A stretch of DNA of 61,045 nucleotides, filler included, from Hausera hauseri (taxonomy: Eukaryota): the NCBI GenBank assembly GCA_046269625.1. It is 11 parts of 11 records of this genome, joined end to end, with 100 filler letters (N's around TTAATTAATTAA, not from the genome) between each part and the next. Parts side by side here need not be neighbours in the genome. Positions count along the whole stretch, not along the records: positions 10,287 to 15,462 come from JBJURY010315385.1; positions 15,563 to 22,724 come from JBJURY010033891.1; positions 22,825 to 27,863 come from JBJURY010354376.1; 8 more parts are not named here. One strand, given 5' to 3'. Positions 13,901-25,800 of this stretch are shown here, piece after piece; positions within the stretch are counted from its first letter, which is position 1; each line of letters starts with the position of its first letter. The position numbers and the translations under genes are program-made. The notes beneath the pieces were generated by a model. The model did not search any database, was not told where the DNA came from, and saw only the letters and a program-made list of their open reading frames with translations.

Positions 13901-15462
13901 AATTGGTCAGACGGGAGAAGTCGGTCCTCCAGGACCTCCTGGTCCGCCGGGTCCACCGGGTTTGCGTGGCGATACTGGCAGAATGGGAAAAGAAGGACCC
14001 GTAGGTCCTCAAGGAAAAATTGGTGAACCAGGTTTTACTGGAAAACGAGGAGATCCAGGAGATAAGGGACCTAAAGGACCAGTCGGCCCTACAGGACCAC
14101 TTGGTGATGTAGGTGAACTTGGAGATCCAGGAGATGCTGGAAATGCTGGTGTTATTGGTCCTCCAGGTGATTTAGGACCACCTGGAAACGATGGCTCTAA
14201 GGGATCTCGAGGTCCTGATGGCCCTACGGTAATCTCTTCGGGCGTTGTTTGACAATTTTAAATTCAAAGATCAACTATACTAGTTGAACATAAAACTGAA
14301 ATTATAGTTTATTGTCTAGATTCAACAAGAAATTTTATCGTTCTCTAATTTACAGTTTTTCCATACGTTTACTTATTTGAAGTTATATACAAATGAGAAC
14401 AAACGATATTTAGGGCGAAGCAGGTCCCAAAGGTGATCGAGGACCAAAGGGTGTTCAAGGTCCTGATGGTCCCATTGGTCCACCGGTAAATATCTAGAGA
14501 GTTCACAACACAGATTTTATGCATATTTAAATACAAGGGTCCTCCTGGTAATCCTGGGCCGAGAGGTGACATAGGACCTAAAGGTCCAGTTGGAGGTGTT
14601 GGACAGAAAGTTCAATCGTAATTTGTATAATTGTAATATAACTACTACAGGGGTTACCTGGAAAACCAGGGGAAATAAGCACAGACTATCAGGCTATCTT
14701 TAAAAGACAACGGAAGCCTGATGACGACGGGACAAGTCAGGTATAAGTGATATTGTGTGTATATGACACACACAATCATTTATTAGATTCAAAAAGATGA
14801 AGGTAAAAAAGAACGAAAATCATCAATAGATCCAAAGGATGAGGTAATGCCATAAATTAAAAGTGGATATTTTTAGGTATTCAGGACGAAGATATTTTCG
14901 AAGCACTATCGCGTGTTTCTACGTTATTAGATTTCCTCTACAGTCCGCCCGGTACCAAAGACTATCCTGCCAGAAGTTGCGCAGATATAAAAAGAGATTA
15001 TCAAAATAAATCCGATGGTTTGGTTTTATGTGTATAATGCTAGTTCAGTACGCAATCAGGAGAATACTTCATTGATCCTAATGGAGGAAACTGGAAGGAT
15101 TCATTGAAAGTCAGCTGCAATTTTGCCAAAATGGAAACGTGTATTGAACCGGATACATCAGATTACAAATTGTCGGCATATACCAAACAGCATTCAACAT
15201 GGTTCAGTGCGCTTGCCAATATTCCAAATCAGGTAAATCGGAATATCGTACGCGTTATCGTATTGCGTCTTTTCCACAGTTCATCTACAAAATTCCAAAG
15301 GAACAATTAATTTTCCTGCAACTTAGTAGCGAAAGCGTCAGTCAGCAGATCATTCTTTTGTGTGAAGGTCTTCCTATCGTTAGCGATTTGACTACAGATG
15401 CCGCAAATAAAGACAAGAATGCTGTGGAACTTCTTGGAGATGACAGCCAGATTATTTCAGCT
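10963..15462 (+). CDS. Fibrillar collagen alpha chain (multi-exon, Gly-X-Y helix plus C-propeptide/COLFI), truncated by contig end
   Basis: Long Gly-X-Y exons split by GT-AG introns of about 40 nt (e.g. 11224-11263, 11416-11455); COLFI motifs [15 protein letters not shown] and [19 protein letters not shown]. Confidence 0.95.
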
Positions 15463-15949
15463 NNNNNNNNNNNNNNNNNNNNNNNNNNNNNNNNNNNNNN
15501 NNNNNNTTAATTAATTAANNNNNNNNNNNNNNNNNNNNNNNNNNNNNNNNNNNNNNNNNNNNCCCATGTCGGGACCAGACCACTTTTCAACTCTTTATAC
15601 CGACTCACACATTCGCCCCACACCCATGATATTCACAGAATCGGAATGGGCTAGGCCCCGCGACATTTCATCTCATCTAATGCTGCTCAAATTTTGCTTC
15701 TAGAAGAAAGTTGCTTTTTCTTTCGCGTTTCCTGAGTTATGCTTTGACTATTTCGAAAAACCGACTGAACCATTGAACTCCGCTTAGCCGAATTGACCGG
15801 AAACCACTCTTAAACCACCGGAATATGACTCATACTCGTGGAATTTCTGACCCTCCCCCTCCCCTGGTCCGGAACCGACATATCTACCTACTTACAAGGA
15901 CTGTAGAGGAAGTTTCAAAAGCAAAATAGAACAAATTAAGTTTATGCTG

Positions 15950-16400
15950 CAAAAACAAGTTCATTTATCAACAAATATATCCATCTAGGTCTAATGTTTC
16001 CCAAAAATTCTTTACCGTGTTTATAATGATGACTAAAGGCTTAGAAAATAGCCACCGAAGGCATCAGTTACTTTCTGAATTGAAAAAATTCGCTTTCCAG
16101 AAATGATTTTTCATGTTTGGAAATAGATGGGAATACGATAAAGCCAAATCTGGCGAACAAGACAGGGATACACTGTTCAACGTGCGGGCAATTACTATTT
16201 AAAATGGGTAAATTTTTAACCACATTTTGCATCCAATTGATCCAACAAAATTGTATAAAATTCCTTTTGTAGCCATAAAAGCTACTGATACAATCATATT
16301 TACTGACGTTATCATTTTCAAGTTCTTTGGCATACTATAATCAGCTTCTATCCATTGTTTTCATAGCTATTTTGTCTTAGCGTGTAACAGATACCAGCTT
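15950..16400 (-). mobile_element. Older, highly decayed mariner-type transposase fragment
   Basis: Minus-strand remnants resembling VFWD.KGIL and SPDLA.S..HLFPNMK. Confidence 0.45.
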
Positions 16401-16485
16401 CATATACGTGGTAAGGCCCAAAAGTCCTTAGACATGCATAGATATAAAACAGCAAGAGCAATCAAATTTTACATTTGAAACAAAG

Positions 16486-18661
16486 TGTTAATTCGTCTAG
16501 TTCCACATAAATGTGCTGCGAGTAGAAATTTTTCTTTGGTTTTAAATTCTGGCATTCAAGGAATATAAGCTTGTAGAGCACCGCCGTTTTGTGCTTTACT
16601 ACATTTCTTTTGTGAAAATTGATAATTTGCACACCGAATTTAATTTTGACCATAAGTTTTGTATCTAACGATTCGATTTGCCGTGAATCTAAGAGGTTGA
16701 GACTGGCCAAAAGTACGTCATTATATCCAAATTAAAATAATTTAACTTCAACATCAATTAACGACTGTATTTGCACGTATAAATATTCATCACCAGTTAA
16801 TTCAGGCAAATATCGATCAATAGAATATTCTTCGTAACACATTAAAAAACACTGTGGGCTGGATACGTTTTACAATGACTTAACACAACTCAAGATCTTT
16901 GACTGTATCATTTGGTCGTTTGTCCGGCAGAATAATCGTCTTCGAATCCAAAACGTCAATAAATTTTAAGTAATAATTGATTACACGATCCATTATGTGT
17001 AATGACTTTCGACGTCTTTTGGAAATATATGTCTCTTTCGTTTGTTTCTCGATTTATGTGCATTTTGAAGTTACCCGACAAAATTACTGCTTATTTAGAC
17101 TTCGTACAGTGTTTTGTAAAATGGAATTAATTGAACAAAGCTTGACAAAAATCTGATAATAGAAAAAGACATTCTTCGAAAAATATGACGTAAATAAAGT
17201 CAAATTAAAATTGCAAAACTATTTTTTATTCAAACAAAAAACTTTTTACATTTAAAATGTTACAAAAGAATGGTACATGAAAAAAGTGCCGGCAAATCCG
17301 GCAACTTTAAAACCAAGCAACCCCACTGTCTTTTTATCTGCGTTCTGTAACACTTCACCGAGAACAGTATAAATGTGTAAACATCGATAAACGGGACCGA
17401 AATCCCCCAAATCTTCAACATTCATTATACTCGTATCGTTGATTAAAAATCATGTTAATTTATAAACACGACGATATCTGAGACAGCAACGCGATAACGC
17501 AGCAATATAGAGAGCACATAATAGAAATCATAGATTTACACAATTATATACAAATAGAAAGAACGTATGCATTAGAATAAACATCTTGATAATTATCAAA
17601 TCACGAACTGGGTAAATAATCACATTTTAAATGGTTCGGCAGTCGCCTCGATTCCACCATGTGAATGGGTTTTTCGAGATCACCCTTATTTTGTCTCAGT
17701 AATTCAGTGTTAATTTCACTGATGCGAACAAGAGCTTTCAACTTCTTTGATTCACACGCCAATTCAGGATAGAGTATTGAATAGAGTCGGACAAATTTTT
17801 AATATTCCTTTTGTGCCTCTTTCTCATGATAGTCTGCCAGCTGATTGCGATAAGTGTTCGTCACATTCTGACTGACATACTTCAACATTTCCATATCATA
17901 AAGAACGGATTTCGGTTTCTCGGGTTCTGGATTTTCCTTTTTAACAGGGGAGTCAAGTTCCAATTTACTGGCTTCTAACTGGGAATTCACTAATGTGGAA
18001 ATAGATACAGTGGAATTGTTGTCCTTCATCGAACCTGGAGATAACGTGGAATTGGGTGAGTTTAATGTTTGTAGACAGAGCTACAAAAGGCATGTTTCTA
18101 TCGAATGTGATAAAATTTGCAGATAATAAGAGATTCGATTTGATTTGGAATATGAAGGAGAAATTGAAAAAATTGACGATAGACTGTTTGGATATTAATC
18201 TTGAAGAAATTCTTGTAACATTTTTACTAAATTTTTAATTTGATTACTATTAGTTAATTATTTTGAAACGGATTTCTGATCGTGCATCTGAGAATAAGAA
18301 CTACAATTTTGCTGTGTAAGTTGAGTTTGAAGTCTGTATAATCGGTAGTTATTACTCGTTTCTCCATTGTGCGTAACCGCATCCAATGGAATAAGTAAAT
18401 CGGATATTTGATAAACTGAATGACAATTCACTGATAATTTCTGATGACCGGATAAATCGTCTTTTGTTGAGAATGAAAAACGAGATTGAAGTGTTTGAAG
18501 CACAGAACAAAGCAATGTTGCTAAAAATAGCTTAAATGTTGTTAAACTATTTGAATGAGATATTCGATAATCTTCTTTATTTATCCGACACGGCAATAAC
18601 TGACGCCCGGCCGTGCCCGACCAAAATGGGCCAAAGGGCACCGGCCGCCGTGGGCACCACA
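16486..18661 (-). mobile_element. 2176-bp solo-LTR-like insert (TG...CA) of family B inside the mariner 3' end
   Basis: Begins with the conserved TGTGGTGCC motif and ends ...TAACA; flanked by CAAAG/CAAGG (4 of 5 match, TSD-like); removing it rejoins the mariner stop region to its TIR. Confidence 0.75.
17355..17430 (-). pseudogene. EXOC6: Captured exocyst Sec15/EXOC6 fragment
   Basis: Translates VEDLGDFGPVYRCLHIYTVLG, matching the EXOC6 motif DFSPVYRCLHIYSVLG. Confidence 0.7.
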
Positions 18662-20115
18662 CAAGGCAACTATATAAGTTACATTTCTCAACATAGTTTC
18701 AATTGGCCTCGACGCACTTTCGCCAGAGCTCTACCATGCATTTGAACCCCAATTGGTAGAAAATTTTCCCTTTTTCGGAGAGATATTTCGCCATGTTTTC
18801 TTTGAGTTCCTCCTTTGATTCAAACCTCTGGCCCCTCAAGTGCTTCTTCACGTCGTTGAACAGCCAGAAATCACTGGAGGCTAGATCGGGACTGTATAGT
18901 GGGTAATCCAACTGCACAAATCCAGCTTTCGCCATCGCTTCTTGCGCTTGGTGTGATGAATGGACAGGAGAGTTATCATGCAGCAAATATAAGTCCTGCT
19001 TGTACGGCTTTCGTCGTAGGTTCCTGACTTCATTAACTAAACTGATATAATAATCAGAATTGATGATGCCCTCAGTAAAATCAATCTTTAAAACTCCTTT
19101 GGAATATCAAAAGGCACTAAACATCACACATTTGCGATGCGAAGTGCCGGAACGGAGCACCTTTGGGGCTTCTCCAGTGGCAACACCCACTCCTTAAACT
19201 CCCGCTTAGAGGAGGGAATGTAGAGACTCAAAGGGGTTTCATCTTCAGTAACGATACATGTTAAAAACTTGGGGCTAATGTCGCCCATGAGACGAATATT
19301 GTTTCCACATGCCGTTTTTTGCCTCCCCGTCATTTCGGCCGTCAAAAAATGTGGCACGAATCGGCTACACTATCTTCTGATGCCCAATTGCTCCAACATG
19401 TGCTGGACAGTTGTCTTACCAACACACAGTCGTACAGAGAGTTTTGATTATGTCATTTTCCTCGCATTCACCGCAATTGCCTTTAATTTTTCAAATTTCT
19501 ATTGTCCAATTTCTAATGGTCGTCCAGTTCTCTGTCTGTCAAAAACACTTGTGCGACCAGAGGAGAATTCATTTGTCCAATTATAAATAGTCGCCGGGAA
19601 TGATGCTTCACTGCCATAAGCATCACGTAGCTGCTTAATTATTTCTTTTTTCTCCACCTTCCGCAATAGTAAAAATCGTATGACACTTCGAAATTCCACT
19701 CCTTCGTACAGGATTTTCAAAAAATCGCAAAAAGCAATAAACAGCTAGAAGTTTATTTAAACAAACCATAGATTTTTTACCTATATATAATGCTTTAATC
19801 AAATATAAATTTTGGTTGTTCTAGCTGTTTTATTTTTATGCGAGTCTAAGGACTTTTGGGCCTTACCACTTACAGTCGTAGAGCGCTGTTAAAATCAATT
19901 TTATTCTTACTAAAATGACCCAAACATGATTCAGAAATTCTTATTTGACTTCGTTTTTGATTAATTGTTACATATCGCACCCATTTTTATAGAGCTTTTT
20001 ATCCATAACTCTTCATACAGAATACGACAAGCTAGTTCTATCACATCAATTCCTTCCCGAACATTTATTTGTCTATCACCTAATAGACTTGTTAAATGAG
20101 TTGTGACTTTGTTAT

Positions 20116-20920
20116 TGTAGTGCTTAGAGTGTGGTCGCACTGGAAGGGTTAGCGTGTCGATGGGAGGGCCTTCCCCGCCATGTGAATGATACCTGTAACC
20201 ATGAACTCATGTCCTATCAATACCTAAGGATGACATGACTCAGACGATTAATCACGTATTACAGTTAAAGAACGATCTGTTCCTACAACAAAACCACCAT
20301 GTCTCATACAACAACATCTTCCACTACTGCGTACAAACGAGAACAAGTATGTCACAGAAGACGGCGACACCTCAAGAGATTCAACAAAATTCGACAATCG
20401 TGAGGTAGTTTGAGAATGGCTGGTACGGTATCAGTCAATTGTATTTTCTACATTTCTCAGAAAAATCTCACTTGTGACATGACTGATACGTTGCTTAATG
20501 AGTCCAAACGATATAGAGATATTTATTTTAGTAATTTTTCATTATACAACGAACGACAATTATCACCATTTTATTTGGAATTGTTGAATACGTTTAAAAA
20601 TTGCAATGCCGATAACACGTTGATTGTAACAGATGATATGTTTGTGAATATGCCGATTGTGCCTAATGCGTTCAAATTCAATAACGTATTACTGATGTGC
20701 AAAATTCGGCACGTTAATCCAGTTGTACGTAATCAGTAAAGCCAATATTAGGTACCGAAATCGGAGTTCAGCAGTATGATGATATGCATATTGTATATAG
20801 ACTTTGTAAAGATATTAATTGAAAATACTGAATACTAGTTTTTTTTGAATTTATTATATACCTTGAATTGAATATATATTTATTATCGTTGGACTTATCT
20901 TCTTCGACTCATTAGCCGCA
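20116..20920 (+). repeat. Putative 5' LTR (TGTAGTGCTTAGAG...CGCA)
   Basis: GC-rich start similar to TGTGGTGCCTAAAG; ends in CA three nt before a PBS-like sequence. Confidence 0.55.
20470..20660 (+). pseudogene. Glycosyltransferase family 31-like fragment
   Basis: LLNESKRYRDIY...TDDMFVN resembles the GT31 motifs E...Y.DI and DDD.FVN. Confidence 0.45.
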
Positions 20921-20923
20921 AAT

Positions 20924-20935
20924 TGGTGTCAGAAG
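20924..20935 (+). promoter_or_regulatory. tRNA-Leu-type primer binding site (TGGTGTCAGAAG); second copy at 21213-21222
   Basis: Complementary to a tRNA-Leu 3' end (...CUUCUGACACCA); 18-mer CCGCAAATTGGTGTCAGA is identical at 20916 and 21205. Confidence 0.65.
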
Positions 20936-20945
20936 ATTCCATTCA

Positions 20946-21200
20946 ATGAGTTATTTGAATAAATATGTGATATTAAATGAAGAATCGTTTAAATTATTAC
21001 TCTGGGGCGGCGATGCCATTTTTCACAATGTTGAACTCCAGTACGACATTTTGGAACATTTAATGCCTTTACCAATTGGATTTAAACTTGGTCAGGTTGA
21101 TGAATTGAAAGTCTATATTCCATGGACAAAATTGGGTTCAGAAAGTGTTGTGATCACACTAAATACGGTCGAATGTATTTTAGCACTGAAATCGGATTTT
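20946..21200 (+). pseudogene. VPS13B: Captured VPS13B N-terminal (chorein-N) fragment, intronless
   Basis: MSYLNKYV..LLLWGGDAIFHNVEL..LP..FKLGQVDELKVYIPWTKLGSESVVITLNTVECIL. Confidence 0.85.
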
Positions 21201-21281
21201 TCAACCGCAAATTGGTGTCAGAGTTATCAAATTTCACGCATTCGTTTTTAGCAGTGACATTATATTTACGTAAAATCCATC

Positions 21282-21930
21282 ATGATTTTGCCATTATATA
21301 CAAGTCAGGAAAATAACAACGGTGCTACAAAATATGACACTTTACTACGATACTCATCTTTACCATTTTTACAGTCGAATCCAATCGAATTTTACACATA
21401 TGCAGAATGTATTAAAAGTTTATTTCAGTTGTCAAATGAAACAGTCAATATTTTGAGTCATTTAATTGGTTTATTTGTATTCTTAATTTTGTTGCTCAAC
21501 GATAATTTCGTTACGCTACCAAAAGCTAATACCAATTTCATGGACAGATTTGTTGTTACACTCGGCCTTATGTCATTTATTATTTGCATGTCATCATCCA
21601 TTTGTTATCATTTATTTATATGGCACAGTGAAGCGAGTAATCGGTTTTGGTTGTCGGTCGATTTGTTTGGGATATCGTTTGGGTTGACTGAATGTTTTAC
21701 TCCCGGTATTTATTTGGCATTTCATTGTTACACGAACTGGCGAATCATTTATTTGTTATTAGTATTGTTTATAATTGGAATTGCCCTTTGGATGCAGTTG
21801 CATCCTCGATACAAGTTACACAAATTTTAGAATTCGTATACTGTTCTTTGTTCTTCTGGCAACGTTTGGAGTGATTCCCACTTGCCATTGGATTTATCTG
21901 AATGATGGATTTTACAGTGGCATTGTTTCC
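21282..21930 (+). pseudogene. PAQR3: Captured PAQR3-like (progestin/adipoQ receptor) fragment, frameshifted
   Basis: CIKSLF.LSNETVNILSHLIG, SSICYHLF..HSE, DLFGIS, PGIYLAFHC, FGVIPTCHW. Confidence 0.8.
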
Positions 21931-22450
21931 GTACGTCTTTGGATTGTATTTTTCGTCAATATCGTATACATAGGGTTGTCCGATGGGTACGCGGAATCTA
22001 ATTTTTGTATAACACTCAATGAAACTATCATTTTAATGGTAATGATATATGTAAAAATAAGGCATAAATTTCGTGTCAAAAAGAGGCTTTCTTACTAAAT
22101 TATTTCCCTAATAAAAACAACTATTTATGTTTACAAGGCAATGGGGATAACTGCCAGTAGGGTTTTTTGTCGATTAATAATATAAATTAGATTTTTAAGC
22201 GAAAATAAAGTTGCGTTATCAGCAATCGGAAAATGCAAAAGAAATTAGTGGACAGAAAATATTCAAAATTGGATAGGAAATTCTCACAAAGAATTACAGT
22301 TTGCTGGCTAAAGAAAGACAAGTATAAAGAAAGACGATAAAGCATTTGACAGACGACGCCCCGACGACCAAATAAGTTATGAACCATGCAATAAAGGATA
22401 CCGTAACTCATTTGTAACATAAATATTAGTTATGCTTCGCTTTTCTTCCT

Positions 22451-22724
22451 CTATTTCATCTTGTTGTTACATTGGTTTGAAACACTGTATAGCTGTAAAG
22501 TCATTTCTTGTATAAACTCCACTGTTGTTTGCAGCTCACAAAGTCTGCCGTATAGTTTAGTCTCCAGTAAGGTCAGTGTGTTTGGCTCTCGTTTTTGTAG
22601 TCTGTGCAGTCCTGTTACTGTAGCACACGCCCTGCTGTTAGCCATGCCTGTACACGTGGCTGAGTTGCCAATTTTTGTATATATGATTACGCAATGGGCG
22701 ATGACCTGTTCACGCGCGTGCAAT
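22451..22724 (-). mobile_element. 3' end of a non-LTR (LINE-type) retrotransposon ORF
   Basis: LETKLYGRLCELQTTVEFI resembles C-termini of LINE ORF2 proteins. Confidence 0.45.
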
Positions 22725-22824
22725 NNNNNNNNNNNNNNNNNNNNNNNNNNNNNNNNNNNNNNNNNNNNTTAATTAATTAANNNNNNNNNNNNNNNNNNNN
22801 NNNNNNNNNNNNNNNNNNNNNNNN

Positions 22825-25800
22825 CATGTAAAATCTTAACAGCTATTATCACACCTTTCGGTAAATTCTTAAAGTCGTACGAAGAAAATAGATGGAAAGC
22901 GAATGTGGAACGACATGTTGGCTACCATAATAGGAAACTCAAAAGGAGACACATATTTAGTTACAGACGCAAATTGACAAATGTCAAGACACGAAGAGAT
23001 AACTTTGACGATGACGAGCCTAAGGGAGGAGACGCCGTCTCAAGGATAAATAGGCACAAAAACTACTCCGTTATAAAACCACCTTTACCAATATTACCGC
23101 CAACTGCACTTATATATGAAGGCTGTGAAAAACAATCTATGAGCTCATATCAAATAGATATTTATAGAAAACTGTTCAGCCTTGAAGATCCTTATGAATG
23201 ATCGAAATATAACGGAATATTACGTAAAGTGCGCGAAACGAAAAGAACATATGCCCCATATTGTCGTTCAGCGGTCAACGATCATGGAATAATATTTTCA
23301 CCTAGAATACCCAGGCCGAACGAAATATGAACAACATTCTCAAGAGACCATGAGGTGCAGAAATTTGGAAACCCAGAAATACAACTGCCACTTAGGAGTC
23401 AGAAAATGGAAAGCGCCAATTGCATGAATAATAAACTGTCCCTAAATGGAGAGCTAAGGCAGTTAATCGACCAACCTGTTGCAACCACCGAAGTTAGAAT
23501 TAACCGCTATAAGGTGTTAACGATTTAACATCCAAAGATAGTGCCAAATTACTATGGTACGGTTATCTAAGGTAGACCCTTCGTAAAAATTCAGTTAGAA
23601 GATTTGGAAGTTTATGCATTGATAGACACAGGATCTGATATATCAGTGATAAAAGATAACTCAATACCGCAGTTTTTAAGGAAACAACTATATCCACCTC
23701 CAACAACAGATCCAGGAAGTATTGGAGCTTTTGTACAATCATTAAAATGTAAATATCGATGGAATCCGAAAATTACATAATAGCACAATCTTTTAACCAT
23801 GAATATTCAGTAATGGAACAGCTAACGGATGATGCAGTATTAGTATGCGATTTGTTAAGACAATTACCAAATATCGCGGTAGACTTTCATGCTGGAAAAT
23901 TAATAGAACTTGGACCAATAAAAGGGGTAAAAACTAATAATGATAAAAAATTTGGAGAAGAAGGGATTCCGGTTGATGAGAATATTCCACCCAGAATAGA
24001 AATGTTGATTTACGCACAAACGTGTTCAGACGATGATTGGCCAGTATATTTTGAACCAAAAGAAACGCTAAACCCGAACATTATGCTCAATCATATACTA
24101 ACGAGAGTATCAACAGGCCGTGTACCAATCAGAATAGCTAACAACGCGCCAACCACAATTAAATGGTATGCTAATACTACCTTTGGTCATACTTATAGAG
24201 TATCACCAATAACTATAGAAGAAAAACCTTACAAATGTGCCAAATTGCCACTTCACGTTGAAACTAAGTTCACCAGAATGATATTGTCATTTTTATGAAC
24301 TCATATGCCGTTATAAACCAATTATGGCTAAAAATGAAGAATATTTGGCAAAGCTAAAGCCTTGAGATTAACAATTCCGCTTAAGAAAAAGCCGGGTTCA
24401 AACGATGAAATCGGTCTNNNNNNNNNNTCTAGAAGATTTAAAGATGCCAAAATGGTATCATCCGCCGCACTCATTAAGGCCGGAAATAACAAAAAATGTT
24501 GAATGAATGCTTAAAACTGACATAATTTGACCTAGTTATAGATCTTGTTATTCGCCAATAATCATGGTTAAAAAGAAAAGTACCACGAAACATCAATTTT
24601 ATATCGATTGTCGAGCGTTGAATGCCTTTATGATGACGGATTCTTTCCAATTACCATCGGTGAAAGAAGCCTAGGATAGGCTTTCTGGAGTAAATTGTTT
24701 ACCACACTAGAATTGCAAACTTGATATTGACAAATGGAAATAGATGAAAGCCGCTATAAAATCGAAGGATTAGTACATAGACGACGAAAGAAATATAATG
24801 TTATCCAACAAATCACTGAGTTTGTATAAAAGGACACGATACCGAAAGGCCACAAATTACGAAAACATTTACAAAGAAATGGTCATAAATATTGCGTAAC
24901 AGGATACAAAAGCCAAGAAAACGTTTGGTATTACTAACGGAAGGGTCGGAAATTAGTAGTTATTCCAAAAGGACTACGAACATAAGTACTAATGGCCGAA
25001 CACGACTGATACTTAGTTGGACGCATGTCTTGGAAAAGACAGAAAGGATACTAAATAAATATTACTGGCCAAGCATATACATTTATGTAAAAAATTGGGT
25101 AAACGCTTGTGAAGTATGTTCAACCAAACAGAGAAAAGTAAAAAATTGCATTGCCAAACTCAAACGGATAAACGTACCGGACAGACCGATGCAAGCAATG
25201 TCCATGGACATTGTAAGACCATTGTCTACAACTCATAAAAATAATAAATATATCCTAACGTGCATTAACCGACTAACTTACTTTGTCGAACTAATAGCAT
25301 TAATTTATTAGAAGACTGAAACTTTGGCAGAAACCGTGGTAAGGAAAATTATTTGCAGATATGGACCCCCTGAACAAATTTTGACAGATAGAAGAAGGAA
25401 TTTCCCAAGTGAATTATTCTACAAAATTACTACGATATTCGATTTTGAACGCTTAACTACCACAGCCTATCACCCCCAATGTAATGGAATGGTTGAACGT
25501 ATGAACGCAACGGTTATACGAATTTTGCCAACAGTAGTTGCAAAAGATCAGAAGGATTGGGATGAATTTTTAGAAAGCAACCAATTTGTTATAAATAAGA
25601 CGTCCCAGCCTGCCACTGGATTTACACCATTCTTCCTTATGTATGATAGAGATACCATATTACCAACGGATTTGGGAATGATACGGTACATAGCAAATCC
25701 AGAAGACTTAGAACAGAATTTCGTCGAAGTGTTACAGACAAGATTAAAAAAGTGTCGGAAAATGGCAAAAGAATTATGCCAAGAGTATCCTGAACAATTT

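Larger units (their letters stand above)
16405..19872 (-). mobile_element. Mariner DNA transposon with both TIRs, interrupted by an LTR-type insert
   Basis: TIR GTGGTAAGGCCCAAAAGTCCTTAGAC at 16408 and its reverse complement ending at 19869; transposase pieces 19720-18699 (RSVIRFL HTH, VTEDET, LHDNSPVH, YSPDLASSDFWLF). Confidence 0.92.

Noticed and set aside
10739-13956. Antisense and alternate-frame ORFs over collagen
   Set aside because: Shadow ORFs caused by Gly-X-Y codon periodicity
17645-17665. CA-TGGTGGAATC as a PBS inside the 16486-18661 insert
   Set aside because: Short match within a coding-like frame, no second LTR or gag follows; cannot be supported
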